Below are positions 37,801 to 52,300 of a stretch of 64,000 nucleotides of DNA, piece by piece. The notes under the pieces were generated by a model. The model was given only the letters and a program-made list of their open reading frames with translations. It was not told the origin of the DNA and searched no databases. This DNA comes from Eledone cirrhosa (Eukaryota), in assembly GCA_964016885.1 (NCBI GenBank), contig OZ024740.1, positions 12,648,001 through 12,712,000 of the forward strand, written 5' to 3'. The stretch's first letter is position 1; every line of letters starts with the position of its first letter. A program made the translations under genes and the position numbers.

Positions 37801-40800
37801 TCTTGTCTCTAGTCTAATGTCTCTAGTCTAATGTCTTGTCTCTAGTCTAATATCTTGTCTCTAGTCTAATGTCTCTAGTCTAATGTCTTGTCTCTAGTCT
37901 AATATCTTGTCTCTGGTCTAATGTCTCTAGTCTAATGTCTTGTCTCTAGTCTAATGTCTCTAGTCTAATATCTTGTCTCTAGTCTAATGTCTCTAGTCTA
38001 ATGTCTCTAGTCTAATGTCTTGTCTCTAGTCTAATGTCTCTAGTCTAATGTCTTGTCTCTAGTCTAATATCTCGTCTCTAGTCTAATGTCTCTAGTCTAA
38101 TGTCTTGTCTCTAGTCTAATATCTTGTCTCTAGTCTAATGTCTCTAGTCTAATGTCTTGTCTCTAGTCTAATATCTTGTCTCTAGTCTGATGTCTCTAGT
38201 CTAATGTCTTGTCTCTAGTCTAATGTCTTGTCTCTAGTCTAATGTCTCTAGTCTAATGTCTTGTCTCTACTCTAACGTCTTGTCTCTAGTCTAATGTCTC
38301 TAGTCTAATGTCTCTAGTGTAATGTCTTGTCTCTAGTCTAATGTCTTGTCTCTAATCTAATGTCTTGTCTCTAGTCTAATGTCTCTAGTCTAATGTCTTG
38401 TCTCTAGTCTAATATCTTGTCTCTAGTCTAATGTCTTGTCTCTAGTCTAATGTCTCTAGTCTAATGTCTTGTTTCTAGTCTAATGTCTCTAGTCTAATGT
38501 CTTGTCTCTAGTCTAATATCTTGTCTCTAGTCTAATGTCTTGTCTCTAGTCTAATGTCTCTAGTCTAATGTCTTGTCTCTAGTCTAACGTCTTGTCTCTA
38601 GTCTAATGTCTCTAGTGTAATGTCTTGTCTCTAGTCTAATGTCTTGTCTCTAGTCTAACGTCTTGTCTCTAGTCTAATGTCTCTAGTCTAATATCTTGTC
38701 TCTAGTCTAATGTCTCTAGTCTAATATCTTGTCACTAGTCTAATGTCTCTAGTCTAATATATTGTCTCTAGTCTAATGTCTTGTCTCTAGTCTAATGTCT
38801 TGTCTCTAGTCAAATGTCTCTAGTCTAATGTCTTGTCTCTAGTCTAATATCTTGTCTCTAGTCTAATGTCTTGTCTCTAGTCTAATGTCTCTAGTCTAAT
38901 GTCTTGTTTCTAGTCTAATGTCTCTAGTCTAATGTCTTGTCTCTAGTCTAATGTCTCTAGTCTAATGTCTTGTCTCTAGTCTAATATCTTGTCTCTAGTC
39001 TAATGTCTTGTCTCTAGTCTAATGTCTCTAGTCTAATGTCTTGTTTCTAGTCTAATGTCTCTAGTCTAATGTCTTGTCTCTAGTCTAATATCTTGTCTCT
39101 CGTCTAATGTCTCTAGTCTAATGTCTTGTCTCTAGTCTAATGTCTTGTCTCTAGTCTAATATCTTGTCTCTAGTCTAATGTCTGTAGTCTAATGTCTTGT
39201 CTCTAGTCTAATATCTTGTCTCTAGTCTAATGTCTCTAGTCTAATGTCTTTGTCTCTAGTCTAATGTCTCTAGTCTAATGTCTTGTCTCTAGTCTAATGT
39301 CTCTACTCTAATGTCTTGTCTCTAGTCTAATATCTTGTCTCTAGTCTAATGTCTCTAGTCTAATGTCTTGTCTCTAGTCTAATGTCTCTAGTCTAATGTC
39401 TTATCTCTAGTCTAATGTCTTGTCTCTAGTCTAATGTCTCTAGTCTAATATCTTGTCTCTAGTCTAATGTCTCTAGACTAATGTCTTGTCTCTAGTCTAA
39501 TGTCTCTAGTCTAATGTCTTGTCTCTAGTCTAATGTCTCTAGTCTAATGTCTTGTCTCTAGTTTAATATCTCGTCTCTAGTCTAATGTCTCTAGTCTAAT
39601 GTCTTGTCTCTAGTCTAATATCTTGTCTCTAGTCTAATGTCTCTAGTCTAATGTCTTGTCTCTAGTCTAATATATTGTCTCTAGTCTAATGTCTCTAGTC
39701 TAATGTCTTGTCTCTAGTCTAATGTCTTGTCTCTAGTCTAATGTCTCTAGTCTAATGTCTTGTCTCTAGTGTAACGTCTTGTTTTAGTCTAATGTCTCTA
39801 GTCTAATGTCTCTAGTGTAATGTCTTGTCTCTAGTCTAATGTCTTGTCTCTAATCTAATGTCTTGTCTCTAGTCTAATGTCTCTAGTCTAATGTCTTGTC
39901 TCTAGTCTAATATCTTGTCTCTAGTCTAATGTCTTGTCTCTAGTCTAATGTCTCTAGTCTAATGTCTTGTTTCTAGTCTAATGTCTCTAGTCTAATGTCT
40001 TGTCTCTAGTCTAATATCTTGTCTCTAGTCTAATGTCTTGTCTCTAGTCTAATGTCTCTAGTCTAATGTCTTGTCTCTAGTCTAACGTCTTGTCTATAGT
40101 CTAACGTCTCTAGTGTAATGTCTTGTCTCTAGTCTAATGTCTTGTCTCTAGTCTAACGTCTTGTCTCTAGTCTAATGTCTCTAGTCTAATATCTTGTCTC
40201 TAGTCTAATGTCTCTAGTCTAATATCTTGTCACTAGTCTAATGTCTCTAGTCTAATATCTTGTCTCTAGTCTAACGTCTTGTCTCTAGTCTAATGTCTCT
40301 AGTCTAATATCTTGTCTCTAGTCTAATGTCTCTAGTCTAATATCTTGTCACTAGTCTAATGTCTCTAGTCTAATGTCTTGTCTCTAGTCTAATGTCTTGT
40401 CTCTTGTCTAATATCTTGTCTCTAGTCTAATGTCTTGTCTCTAGTCTAATGTCTCTAGTCTAATGTCTTGTTTCTAGTCTAATGTCTCTAGTCTAATGTC
40501 TTGTCTCTAGTCTAATAGCTTGTCTCTAGTCTAATGTCTTGTCTCTAGTCTAATGTCTCTAGTCTAATGTCTTGTCTCTAGTCTAATATCTTGTCTCTAG
40601 TCTAATGTCTTGTCTCTAGTCTAATATCTTGTCTCTAGTCAAATGTCTCTAGTCTAATGTCTTGTCTCTAGTCTAATGTCTCTAGTCTAATGTCTTGTCT
40701 CTAGTCTAATATCTTGTCTCTAGTCTAATGTCTCTAGTCTAATGTCTTGTCTCTAGTCTAATATCTTGTCTCTAGTCTAATGTCTCTAGTCTAATGTCTT

Positions 40801-42059
40801 GTCTCTAGTCTAATGTCTCTAGTCTAATGTCTTGTCTCTAGTCTAATGTCTCTAGTCTAATGTCTTGTATCTAGTCTAATGTCTCTAGTCTAATGTCTTG
40901 TCTCTAGTCTAATATCTCGTCTCTAGTCTAATGTCTCTAGTCTAATGTCTTGTCTCTAGTCTAATATCTTGTCTCTAGTCTAATGTCTCTAGTCTAATGT
41001 CTTGTCTCTAGTCTAATATCTTGTCTCTAGTCTAATGTCTCTAGTCTAATGTCTTGTCTCTAGTCTAATGTCTTGTCTCTAGTCTAATGTCTCTAGTCTA
41101 ATGTCTTGTCTCTAGTCTAACGTCTTGTCTCTAGTCTAATGTCTCTAGTCTAATGTCTCTAGTGTAATGTCTTGTCTCTAGTCTAATGTCTTGTCTCTAA
41201 TCTAATGTCTTGTCTCTAGTCTAATGTCTCTAGTCTAATGTCTTGTCTCTAATCTAATGTCTTGTCTCTAGTCTAACGTCTCTAGTCTAATGTCTTGTCT
41301 CTAGTCTAATATCTTGTCTCTAGTCTAATGTCTTGTCTCTAGTCTAATGTCTCTAGTCTAATGTCTTGTTTCTAGTCTAATGTCTCTAGTCTAATGTCTT
41401 GTCTCTAGTCTAACGTCGTGTCTCTAGTCTAATGTCTCTAGTGTAATGTCTTGTCTCTAGTCTAATGTCTTGTCTCTAGTCTAACGTCTTGTCTCTAGTC
41501 TAATGTCTCTAGTCTAATATCTTGTCTCTAGTCTAATGTCTCTAGTCTAATATCTTGTCACTAGTCTAATGTCTCTAGTCTAATATATTGTCTCTAGTCT
41601 AACGTCTTGTATCTAGTCTAATGTCTCTAGTGTAATATCTTGTCTCTAGTCTAATGTCTCTAGGCTAATATCTTGTCACTAGTCTAATGTCTCTAGTCTA
41701 ATGTCTTGTCTCTAGTCTAATGTCTTGTCTCTAGTCTAATGTCTTGTCTCTAGTCAAATGTCTCTAGTCTAATGTCTTGTCTCTAGTCTAACGTCTTGTC
41801 TCTAGTCTAATGTCTCTGGTCTAATGTCTCTAGTGTAATGTCTTGTCTCTAGTCTAATGTCTTGTCTCTAGTCTAATGTCTTGTCTCTAGTCTAATGTCT
41901 TGTCTCTAGTCTAATGTCTTGTCTCTAGTCTAATGTCTTGTCTCTAGGCTAATGTCTCTAGTCTAATGTCTTGTCTCTAGTCTAATATCTTGTCTCTAGT
42001 CTAATGTCTTGTCTCTAGTCTAATGTCTCTAGTCTAATGTCTCTAGTCTAATGTCTTGT
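28900..42059. repeat. Tandem segmental duplication, period 6555 bp
   Basis: At +6555: TGGTC 29161/35716, GTCCC 30371/36926, CAATC 30631/37186, CTGTAG 32627/39182, GTTTTAG 33226/39781, CTGGT 35261/41816, AGGCT 35391/41946. GAATT 29052/35626 is at +6574, one extra 19-mer. Confidence 0.93.
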
Positions 42060-42259
42060 TTCTAGTCTAATGTCTCTAGTCTAATGTCTCTAGTCCAATG
42101 TCTTGTCTCTAGTCTAATGTCTCTAGTCTAATGTCTTGTCTCTAGTCTAATATCTTGTCTCTAGTCTAATGTCTCTAGTCTAATGTCGCTAGTGTAATGT
42201 CTTGTCTCTAGTCTAATGTCTTGTCTCTAATCTAATGTCTTGTCTCTAGTCTAATGTCT

Positions 42260-44540
42260 CTAGTCTAATGTCTTGTCTCTAGTCTAATATCTTGTCTCTA
42301 GTCTAATGTCTTGTCTCTAGTCTAATGTCTCTAGTCTAATGCCTTGTTTCTAGTCTAATGTCTCTAGTCTAATGTCTTGTCTCTAGTCTAATATCTTGTC
42401 TCTAGTCTAATGTCTTGTCTCTAGTCTAATGTCTCTAGTCTAATGTCTTGTCTCTAGTCTAACGTCGTGTCTCTAGTCTAATGTCTCTAGTGTAATGTCT
42501 TGTCTCTAGTCTAATGTCTTGTCTCTAGTCTAACGTCTTGTCTCTAGTCTAATGTCTCTAGTCTAATATCTTGTCTCTAGTCTAATGTCTCTAGTCTAAT
42601 ATCTTGTCACTAGTCTAATGTCTCTAGTCTAATATATTGTCTCTAGTCTAACGTCTTGTATCTAGTCTAATGTCTCTAGTGTAATATCTTGTCTCTAGTC
42701 TAATGTCTCTAGTCTAATATCTTGTCACTAGTCTAATGTCTCTAGTCTAATGTCTTGTCTCTAGTCTAATGTCTTGTCTCTAGTCTAATGTCTTGTCTCT
42801 AGTCTAATGTCTTGTCTCTAGGCTAATGTCTCTAGTCTAATGTCTTGTCTCTAGTTTAATGTCTCTAGTCTAATGTCTCTAGTCTAATGTCTTGTTTCTA
42901 GTCTAATGTCTCTAGTCTAATGTCTCTAGTCCAATGTCTTGTCTCTAGTCTAATGTCTCTAGTCTAATGTCTTGTCTCTAGTCTAATATCTTGTCTCTAG
43001 TCTAATGTCTCTAGTCTAATGTCTTGTCTCTTGTCTAATATCTTGTCTCTAGTCTAATGTCTCTAGTCTAATGTCTTGTCTCTAGTCTAATATCTTGTCT
43101 CTAGTCTAATGTCTCTAGTCTAATGTCTTGTGTCTAGTCTAGTGTCTTGTCTCTAGTCTAATGCCTCTAGTCTAATGTCTTGTCTCTAGTCTAACGTCTT
43201 GTCTCTAGTCTAATGTCTCTAGTCTAATGTCTTGTCTCTAGTCTAACGTCTCTAGTCTAATGTCTTGTCTCTAGTCTAATGTCTTGTCTCTAGTCTAATA
43301 TCTTGTCTCTAGTCTAATGTCTTGTCTCTAGTCTAATGTCTCTAGTCTAATGTCTTGTCTATATTCTAATGTCTTGTCTCTAGTCTAATGTCTTGTCTCT
43401 AGTCTAATATCTTGTCTCTAGTCTAATGTCTTGTCTCTAGTCTAATGTCTCTAGTCTAATGCCTTGTTTCTAGTCTAATGTCTCTAGTCTAATGTCTTGT
43501 CTCTAGTCTAATATCTTGTCTCTAGTCTAATGTCTTGTCTCTAGTCTAATGTCTCTAGTCTAATGTCTTGTCTCTAGTCTAACGTCGTGTCTCTAGTCTA
43601 ATGTCTCTAGTGTAATGTCTTGTCTCTAGTCTAATGTCTTGTCTCTAGTCTAACGTCTTGTCTCTAGTCTAATGTCTCTAGTCTAATATCTTGTCTCTAG
43701 TCTAATGTCTCTAGTCTAATATCTTGTCACTAGTCTAATGTCTCTAGTCTAATATATTGTCTCTAGTCTAACGTCTTGTATCTAGTCTAATGTCTCTAGT
43801 GTAATATCTTGTCTCTAGTCTAATGTCTCTAGTCTAATATCTTGTCACTAGTCTAATGTCTCTAGTCTAATGTCTTGTCTCTAGTCTAATGTCTTGTCTC
43901 TAGTCTAATGTCTTGTCTCTAGGCTAATGTCTCTAGTCTAATGTCTTGTCTCTAGTTTAATGTCTCTAGTCTAATGTCTCTAGTCTAATGTCTTGTTTCT
44001 AGTCTAATGTCTCTAGTCTAATGTCTCTAGTCCAATGTCTTGTCTCTAGTCTAATGTCTCTAGTCTAATGTCTTGTCTCTAGTCTAATATCTTGTCTCTA
44101 GTCTAATGTCTCTAGTCTAATGTCTTGTCTCTTGTCTAATATCTTGTCTCTAGTCTAATGTCTCTAGTCTAATGTCTTGTCTCTAGTCTAATATCTTGTC
44201 TCTAGTCTAATGACTCTAGTCTAATGTCTTGTGTCTAGTCTAGTGTCTTGTCTCTAGTCTAATGCCTCTAGTCTAATGTCTTGTCTCTAGTCTAACGTCT
44301 TGTCTCTAGTCTAATGTCTCTAGTCTAATGTCTTGTCTCTAGTCTAACGTCTCTAGTCTAATGTCTTGTCTCTAGTCTAATGTCTTGTCTCTAGTCTAAT
44401 ATCTTGTCTCTAGTCTAATGTCTTGTCTCTAGTCTAATGTCTCTAGTCTAATGTCTTGTCTATATTCTAATGTCTTGTCTCTAGTCTAATGTCTTGTCTC
44501 TAGTCTAATATCTTGTCTCTAGTCTAATGTCTTGTCTCTA
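42260..44540. repeat. Tandem duplication, period 1101-1120 bp
   Basis: GCCTTGTTTC 42341/43461 and AACGTCGTGT 42461/43581 at +1120; ATATTC 43361/44462 at +1101, one 19-mer fewer. Confidence 0.87.
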
Positions 44541-44949
44541 GTCTAATGTCTCTAGTCTAATGTCTTGTCTCTAGTCTAATGTCTGTTCTCTAGTCTAATA
44601 TCTTGTCTCTAGTCTAATGAATTGTCTCTAGTCTAATGTCTCTAGTCTAATGTCTTGTCTCTAGTCTAATGTCTCTAGTCTAATGTCTCTAGTCTAATGT
44701 CTTGTCTCTGGTCTAATGTCTTGTCTCTAGTCTAATGTCTCTAGTCTAATGTTTCTAGTCTAATGTCTCTAGTCTAATGTCTTGTCTCTAGTCTAATATC
44801 TTGTCTCTAGCCTAATGTCTTGTCTCTAGTCTAATGTCTCTAGTCTAATGTCTTGTCTCTAGTCTAATGTCTCTAGTCTAATGTCTTGTCTCTAGTCTAA
44901 TGTCTCTAGTCTAATGTCTTGTTTCTAGTCTAATGTCTCTAGTCTAATG

Positions 44950-47900
44950 TCTTGTCTCTAGTCTAATATCTTGTCTCTAGTCTAATGTCTTGTCTCTAGT
45001 CTAATGTCTCTAGTCTAATGTCTTGTCTCTAGTCTAATATCTTGTCTCTAGTCTAATGTCTTGTCTCTAGTCTAATGTCTCTAGTGTAATGTCTTGTTTC
45101 TAGTCTAATGTCTCTAGTCTAATGTCTTGTCTCTAGTCTAATATCTTGTCTCTAGTCTAATGTCTCTAGTCTAATGTCTTTGTTTCTAGTCTAATGTCTC
45201 TAGTCTAATGTCTTGTCTCTAGTCTAATGTCTCTACTCTAATGTCTTGTTTCTAGTCTAATATCTTGTCTCTAGTCTAATGTCTCTAGTCTAATGTCTTG
45301 TCTCTAGTCTAATGTCTCTAGTCTAATGTCTTATCTCTAGTCTAATGTCTTGTCTCTAGTCTAATGTCTCTAGTCTAATATCTTCTCTCTAGTCTAATGT
45401 CTCTAGACTAATGTCTTGTCTCTAGTCTAATGTCTCTAGTCTAATGTCTTGTCTCTAGTCTAATGTCTCTAGTCTAATGTCTTGTCTCTAGTCTAACATC
45501 TCGTCTCTAGTCTAATGTCTCTAGTCTAATATCTTGTCTCTAGTCTAATGACTCTAGTCTAATGTCTTGTCTCTAGTCTAATATCTTGTCTCTAGTCTAA
45601 TGTCTCTAGTCTAATGTCTTGTCTCTAGTCTAATGTCTCTAGTCTAATGTCTTGTCTCTAGTCTAACGTCTTGTCTTTAGTCTAATGTCTCTAGTCTAAT
45701 GTCTCTAGTGTAACGTCTTGTCTCTAGTCTAATGTCTTGTCTCTAATCTAATGTCTTGTCTCTAGTCTAATGTCTTGTCTCTAGTCTAATGTCTTGTCTC
45801 TAGTCTAATATCTTGTCTCTAGTCTAATGTCTTGTCTCTAGTCTAATGTCTTGTCTCTAGTCTAATGTCTCTAGTCTAATATCTTGTCTCTAGTCTAATG
45901 TCTCTAGTCTAATGTCTTGTCTCTAGTCTAATGTCTCTAGTCTAATGTCTTGTCTCTAGTCTAATATCTTGTCTCTAGTCTAATGTCTCTAGTCTAATGT
46001 CTTGTCTCTAGTCTAATGTCTTGTCTCTAGTCTAATGTCTCTAGTCTAATGTCTTGTCTCTAGTCTAACGTCTTGTCTCTAGTCTAATGTCTCTAGTCTA
46101 ATGTCTCTAGTGTAATGTCTTGTCTCTAGTCTAATGTCTTGTCTCCAATCTAATGTCTTGTCTCTAGTCTAATGTCTCTAGTCTAATGTTTTGTCTCTAA
46201 TCTAATGTCTTGTCTCTAGTCTAATGTCTCTAGTCTAATGTCTTGTCTCTAGTCTAATATCTTGTCTCTAGTCTAATGTCTTGTCTCTAGTCTAATATCT
46301 CTAGTCTAATGTCTTGTTTCTAGTCTAATGTCTCTAGTCTAATGTCTTGTCTCTAGTCTAATATCTTGTCTCTAGTCTAATGTCTTGTCTCTAGTCTAAT
46401 GTCTCTAGTCTAATGTCTTGTCTCTAGTCTAACGTCTTGTCTCTAGTCTAATGTCTCTAGTGTAATGTCTTGTCTCTAGTCTAATGTCTTGTCTCTAGTC
46501 TAACGTCTTGTCTCTAGTCTAAAGTCTCTAGTCTAATATCTTGTCTCTAGTCTAATGTCTCTAGTCTAATATCTTGTCACTAGTCTAATGTCTCTAGTCT
46601 AATATCTTGTCTCTAGTCTAATGTCTCTAGTCTAATGTCTTGTCTCTAGTCTAATATCTTGTCTCTAGTCTAATGTCTTGTCTCTAGTCTAATATCTTGT
46701 CTCTAGTCTAATGTCTCTAGTCTAATGTCTTGTCTCTAGTCTAATGTCTCTAGTCTAATGTCTTGTCTCTAGTCTAATGTCTCTAGTCTAATGTCTTGTC
46801 TCTAGTCTAATATCTTGTCTCTAGTCTAATGTCTCTAGTCTAATGTCTTGTCTCTAGTCTAATATCTTGTCTCTGGTCTAATGTCTCTAGTCTAATGTCT
46901 TGTCTCTAGTCTAATGTCTCTAGTCTAATATCTTGTCTCTAGTCTAATGTCTCTAGTCTAATGTCTCTAGTCTAATGTCTTGTCTCTAGTCTAATGTCTC
47001 TAGTCTAATGTCTTGTCTCTAGTCTAATATCTCGTCTCTAGTCTAATGTCTCTAGTCTAATGTCTTGTCTCTAGTCTAATATCTTGTCTCTAGTCTAATG
47101 TCTCTAGTCTAATGTCTTGTCTCTAGTCTAATATCTTGTCTCTAGTCTAATGTCTTGTCTCTAGTCTAATGTCTCTAGTCTAATGTCTTGTCTCTAGTCT
47201 AATATCTTGTCTCTAGTCTAATGTCTTGTCTCTAGTCTAATGTCTCTAGTGTAATGTCTTGTTTCTAGTCTAATGTCTCTAGTCTAATGTCTTGTCTCTA
47301 GTCTAATATCTTGTCTCTAGTCTAATGTCTCTAGTCTAATGTCTTTGTTTCTAGTCTAATGTCTCTAGTCTAATGTCTTGTCTCTAGTCTAATGTCTCTA
47401 CTCTAATGTCTTGTTTCTAGTCTAATATCTTGTCTCTAGTCTAATGTCTCTAGTCTAATGTCTTGTCTCTAGTCTAATGTCTCTAGTCTAATGTCTTATC
47501 TCTAGTCTAATGTCTTGTCTCTAGTCTAATGTCTCTAGTCTAATATCTTCTCTCTAGTCTAATGTCTCTAGACTAATGTCTTGTCTCTAGTCTAATGTCT
47601 CTAGTCTAATGTCTTGTCTCTAGTCTAATGTCTCTAGTCTAATGTCTTGTCTCTAGTCTAACATCTCGTCTCTAGTCTAATGTCTCTAGTCTAATATCTT
47701 GTCTCTAGTCTAATGACTCTAGTCTAATGTCTTGTCTCTAGTCTAATATCTTGTCTCTAGTCTAATGTCTCTAGTCTAATGTCTTGTCTCTAGTCTAATG
47801 TCTCTAGTCTAATGTCTTGTCTCTAGTCTAACGTCTTGTCTTTAGTCTAATGTCTCTAGTCTAATGTCTCTAGTGTAACGTCTTGTCTCTAGTCTAATGT

Positions 47901-49340
47901 CTTGTCTCTAATCTAATGTCTTGTCTCTAGTCTAATGTCTTGTCTCTAGTCTAATGTCTTCTCTCTAGTCTAATATCTTGTCTCTAGTCTAATGTCTTGT
48001 CTCTAGTCTAATGTCTTGTCTCTAGTCTAATGTCTCTAGTCTAATATCTTGTCTCTAGTCTAATGTCTCTAGTCTAATGTCTTGTCTCTAGTCTAATGTC
48101 TCTAGTCTAATATCTTGTATCTAGTCTAATGTCTCTAGTCTAATGTCTTGTCTCTAGTCTAATATCTTGTCTCTAGTCTAATGTCTCTAGTCTAATGTCT
48201 TGTCTCTAGTCTAATGTCTTGTCTCTAGTCTAATGTCTCTAGTCTAATGTCTTGTCTCTAGTCTAACGTCTTGTCTCTAGTCTAATGTCTCTAGTCTAAT
48301 GTCTCTAGTGTAATGTCTTGTCTCTAGTCTAATGTCTTGTCTCCAATCTAATGTCTTGTCTCTAGTCTAATGTCTCTAGTCTAATGTTTTGTCTCTAATC
48401 TAATGTCTTGTCTCTAGTCTAATGTCTCTAGTCTAATGTCTTGTCTCTAGTCTAATATCTTGTCTCTAGTCTAATGTCTTGTCTCTAGTCTAATATCTCT
48501 AGTCTAATGTCTTGTTTCTAGTCTAATGTCTCTAGTCTAATGTCTTGTCTCTAGTCTAATATCTTGTCTCTAGTCTAATGTCTTGTCTCTAGTCTAATGT
48601 CTCTAGTCTAATGTCTTGTCTCTAGTCTAACGTCTTGTCTCTAGTCTAATGTCTCTAGTGTAATGTCTTGTCTCTAGTCTAATGTCTTGTCTCTAGTCTA
48701 ACGTCTTGTCTCTAGTCTAAAGTCTCTAGTCTAATATCTTGTCTCTAGTCTAATGTCTCTAGTCTAATATCTTGTCACTAGTCTAATGTCTCTAGTCTAA
48801 TATCTTGTCTCTAGTCTAATGTCTCTAGTCTAATGTCTTGTCTCTAGTCTAATATCTTGTCTCTAGTCTAATGTCTTGTCTCTAGTCTAATATCTTGTCT
48901 CTAGTCTAATGTCTCTAGTCTAATGTCTTGTCTCTAGTCTAATGTCTCTAGTCTAATGTCTTGTCTCTAGTCTAATGTCTCTAGTCTAATGTCTTGTCTC
49001 TAGTCTAATATCTTGTCTCTAGTCTAATGTCTCTAGTCTAATGTCTTGTCTCTAGTCTAATATCTTGTCTCTGGTCTAATGTCTCTAGTCTAATGTCTTG
49101 TCTCTAGTCTAATGTCTCTAGTCTAATATCTTGTCTCTAGTCTAATGTCTCTAGTCTAATGTCTCTAGTCTAATGTCTTGTCTCTAGTCTAATGTCTCTA
49201 GTCTAATGTCTTGTCTCTAGTCTAATATCTCGTCTCTAGTCTAATGTCTCTAGTCTAATGTCTTGTCTCTAGTCTAATATCTTGTCTCTAGTCTAATGTC
49301 TCTAGTCTAATGTCTTGTCTCTAGTCTAATATCTTGTCTC
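44950..49340. repeat. Tandem duplication, period 2165-2198 bp
   Basis: GTGTAATGTCTTGTTTC 45084/47249 at +2165; the private variant AAAGTC 46521/48719 at +2198. The 33-bp difference equals one 14-mer plus one 19-mer. Confidence 0.85.
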
Positions 49341-52300
49341 TAGTCTGATGTCTCTAGTCTAATGTCTTGTCTCTAGTCTAATGTCTTGTCTCTAGTCTAA
49401 TGTCTCTAGTCTAATGTCTTGTCTCTACTCTAACGTCTTGTCTCTAGTCTAATGTCTCTAGTCTAATGTCTCTAGTGTAATGTCTTGTCTCTAGTCTAAT
49501 GTCTTGTCTCTAATCTAATGTCTTGTCTCTAGTCTAATATCTTGTCTCTAGTCTAATGTCTTGTCTCTAGTCTAATGTCTCTAGTCTAATGTCTTGTTTC
49601 TAGTCTAATGTCTCTAGTCTAATGTCTTGTCTCTAGTCTAATATCTTGTCTCTAGTCTAATGTCTTGTCTCTAGTCTAATGTCTCTAGTCTAATGTCTTG
49701 TCTCTAGTCTAACGTCTTGTCTCTAGTCTAATGTCTCTAGTGTAATGTCTTGTCTCTAGTCTAATGTCTTGTCTCTAGTCTAACGTCTTGTCTCTAGTCT
49801 AATGTCTCTAGTCTAATATCTTGTCTCTAGTCTAATGTCTCTAGTCTAATATCTTGTCACTAGTCTAATGTCTCTAGTCTAATATATTGTCTCTAGTCTA
49901 ATGTCTTGTCTCTAGTCTAATGTCTTGTCTCTAGTCAAATGTCTCTAGTCTAATGTCTTGTCTCTAGTCTAATATCTTGTCTCTAGTCTAATGTCTTGTC
50001 TCTAGTCTAATGTCTCTAGTCTAATGTCTTGTTTCTAGTCTAATGTCTCTAGTCTAATGTCTTGTCTCTAGTCTAATGTCTCTAGTCTAATGTCTTGTCT
50101 CTAGTCTAATATCTTGTCTCTAGTCTAATGTCTTGTCTCTAGTCTAATGTCTCTAGTCTAATGTCTTGTTTCTAGTCTAATGTCTCTAGTCTAATGTCTT
50201 GTCTCTAGTCTAATATCTTGTCTCTCGTCTAATGTCTCTAGTCTAATGTCTTGTCTCTAGTCTAATGTCTTGTCTCTAGTCTAATATCTTGTCTCTAGTC
50301 TAATGTCTGTAGTCTAATGTCTTGTCTCTAGTCTAATATCTTGTCTCTAGTCTAATGTCTCTAGTCTAATGTCTTTGTCTCTAGTCTAATGTCTCTAGTC
50401 TAATGTCTTGTCTCTAGTCTAATGTCTCTACTCTAATGTCTTGTCTCTAGTCTAATATCTTGTCTCTAGTCTAATGTCTCTAGTCTAATGTCTTGTCTCT
50501 AGTCTAATGTCTCTAGTCTAATGTCTTATCTCTAGTCTAATGTCTTGTCTCTAGTCTAATGTCTCTAGTCTAATGTCTTGTCTCTAGTCTAATGTCTCTA
50601 GTCTAATGTCTTGTCTCTAGTTTAATATCTCGTCTCTAGTCTAATGTCTCTAGTCTAATGTCTTGTCTCTAGTCTAATATCTTGTCTCCAGTCTAATGTC
50701 TCTAGTCTAATGTCTTGTCTCTAGTCTAATATATTGTCTCTAGTCTAATGTCTCTAGTCTAATGTCTTGTCTCTAGTCTAATGTCTTGTCTCTAGTCTAA
50801 TGTCTCTAGTCTAATGTCTTGTCTCTAGTGTAACGTCTTGTTTTAGTCTAATGTCTCTAGTCTAATGTCTCTAGTGTAATGTCTTGTCTCTAGTCTAATG
50901 TCTTGTCTCTAATCTAATGTCTTGTCTCTAGTCTAATGTCTCTAGTCTAATGTCTTGTCTCTAGTCTAATATCTTGTCTCTAGTCTAATGTCTTGTCTCT
51001 AGTCTAATGTCTCTAGTCTAATGTCTTGTTTCTAGTCTAATGTCTCTAGTCTAATGTCTTGTCTCTAGTCTAATATCTTGTCTCTAGTCTAATGTCTTGT
51101 CTCTAGTCTAATGTCTCTAGTCTAATGTCTTGTCTCTAGTCTAACGTCTTGTCTATAGTCTAACGTCTCTAGTGTAATGTCTTGTCTCTAGTCTAATGTC
51201 TTGTCTCTAGTCTAACGTCTTGTCTCTAGTCTAATGTCTCTAGTCTAATATCTTGTCTCTAGTCTAATGTCTCTAGTCTAATATCTTGTCACTAGTCTAA
51301 TGTCTCTAGTCTAATATCTTGTCTCTAGTCTAACGTCTTGTCTCTAGTCTAATGTCTCTAGTCTAATATCTTGTCTCTAGTCTAATGTCTCTAGTCTAAT
51401 ATCTTGTCACTAGTCTAATGTCTCTAGTCTAATGTCTTGTCTCTAGTCTAATGTCTTGTCTCTTGTCTAATATCTTGTCTCTAGTCTAATGTCTTGTCTC
51501 TAGTCTAATGTCTCTAGTCTAATGTCTTGTTTCTAGTCTAATGTCTCTAGTCTAATGTCTTGTCTCTAGTCTAATAGCTTGTCTCTAGTCTAATGTCTTG
51601 TCTCTAGTCTAATGTCTCTAGTCTAATGTCTTGTCTCTAGTCTAATATCTTGTCTCTAGTCTAATGTCTTGTCTCTAGTCTAATGTCTCTAGTCTAATGT
51701 ATTGTTTCTAGTCTAATGTCTCTAGTCTAATGTCTTGTCTCTAGTCTAATATCTTGTCTCTAGTCAAATGTCTCTAGTCTAATGTCTTGTCTCTAGTCTA
51801 ATGGCTCTAGTCTAATGTCTTGTCTCTAGTCTAATGTCTCTAGTCTAATGTCTTGTCTCTAGTCTAATATCTTGTTTCTAGTCTAATGTCTCTAGTCTAA
51901 TGTCTTGTCTCTAGTCTAATATCTTGTCTCTAGTCTAATGTCTCTAGTCTAATGTCTTGTCTCTAGTCTAATGTCTCTAGTCTAATGTCTTGTCTCTAGT
52001 CTAATGTCTCTAGTCTAATGTCTTGTATCTAGTCTAATGTCTCTAGTCTAATGTCTTGTCTCTAGTCTAATATCTCGTCTCTAGTCTAATGTCTCTAGTC
52101 TAATGTCTTGTCTCTAGTCTAATATCTTGTCTCTAGTCTAATGTCTCTAGTCTAATGTCTTGTCTCTAGTCTAATATCTTGTCTCTAGTCTAATGTCTCT
52201 AGTCTAATGTCTTGTCTCTAGTCTAATGTCTTGTCTCTAGTCTAATGTCTCTAGTCTAATGTCTTGTCTCTAGTCTAACGTCTTGTCTCTAGTCTAATGT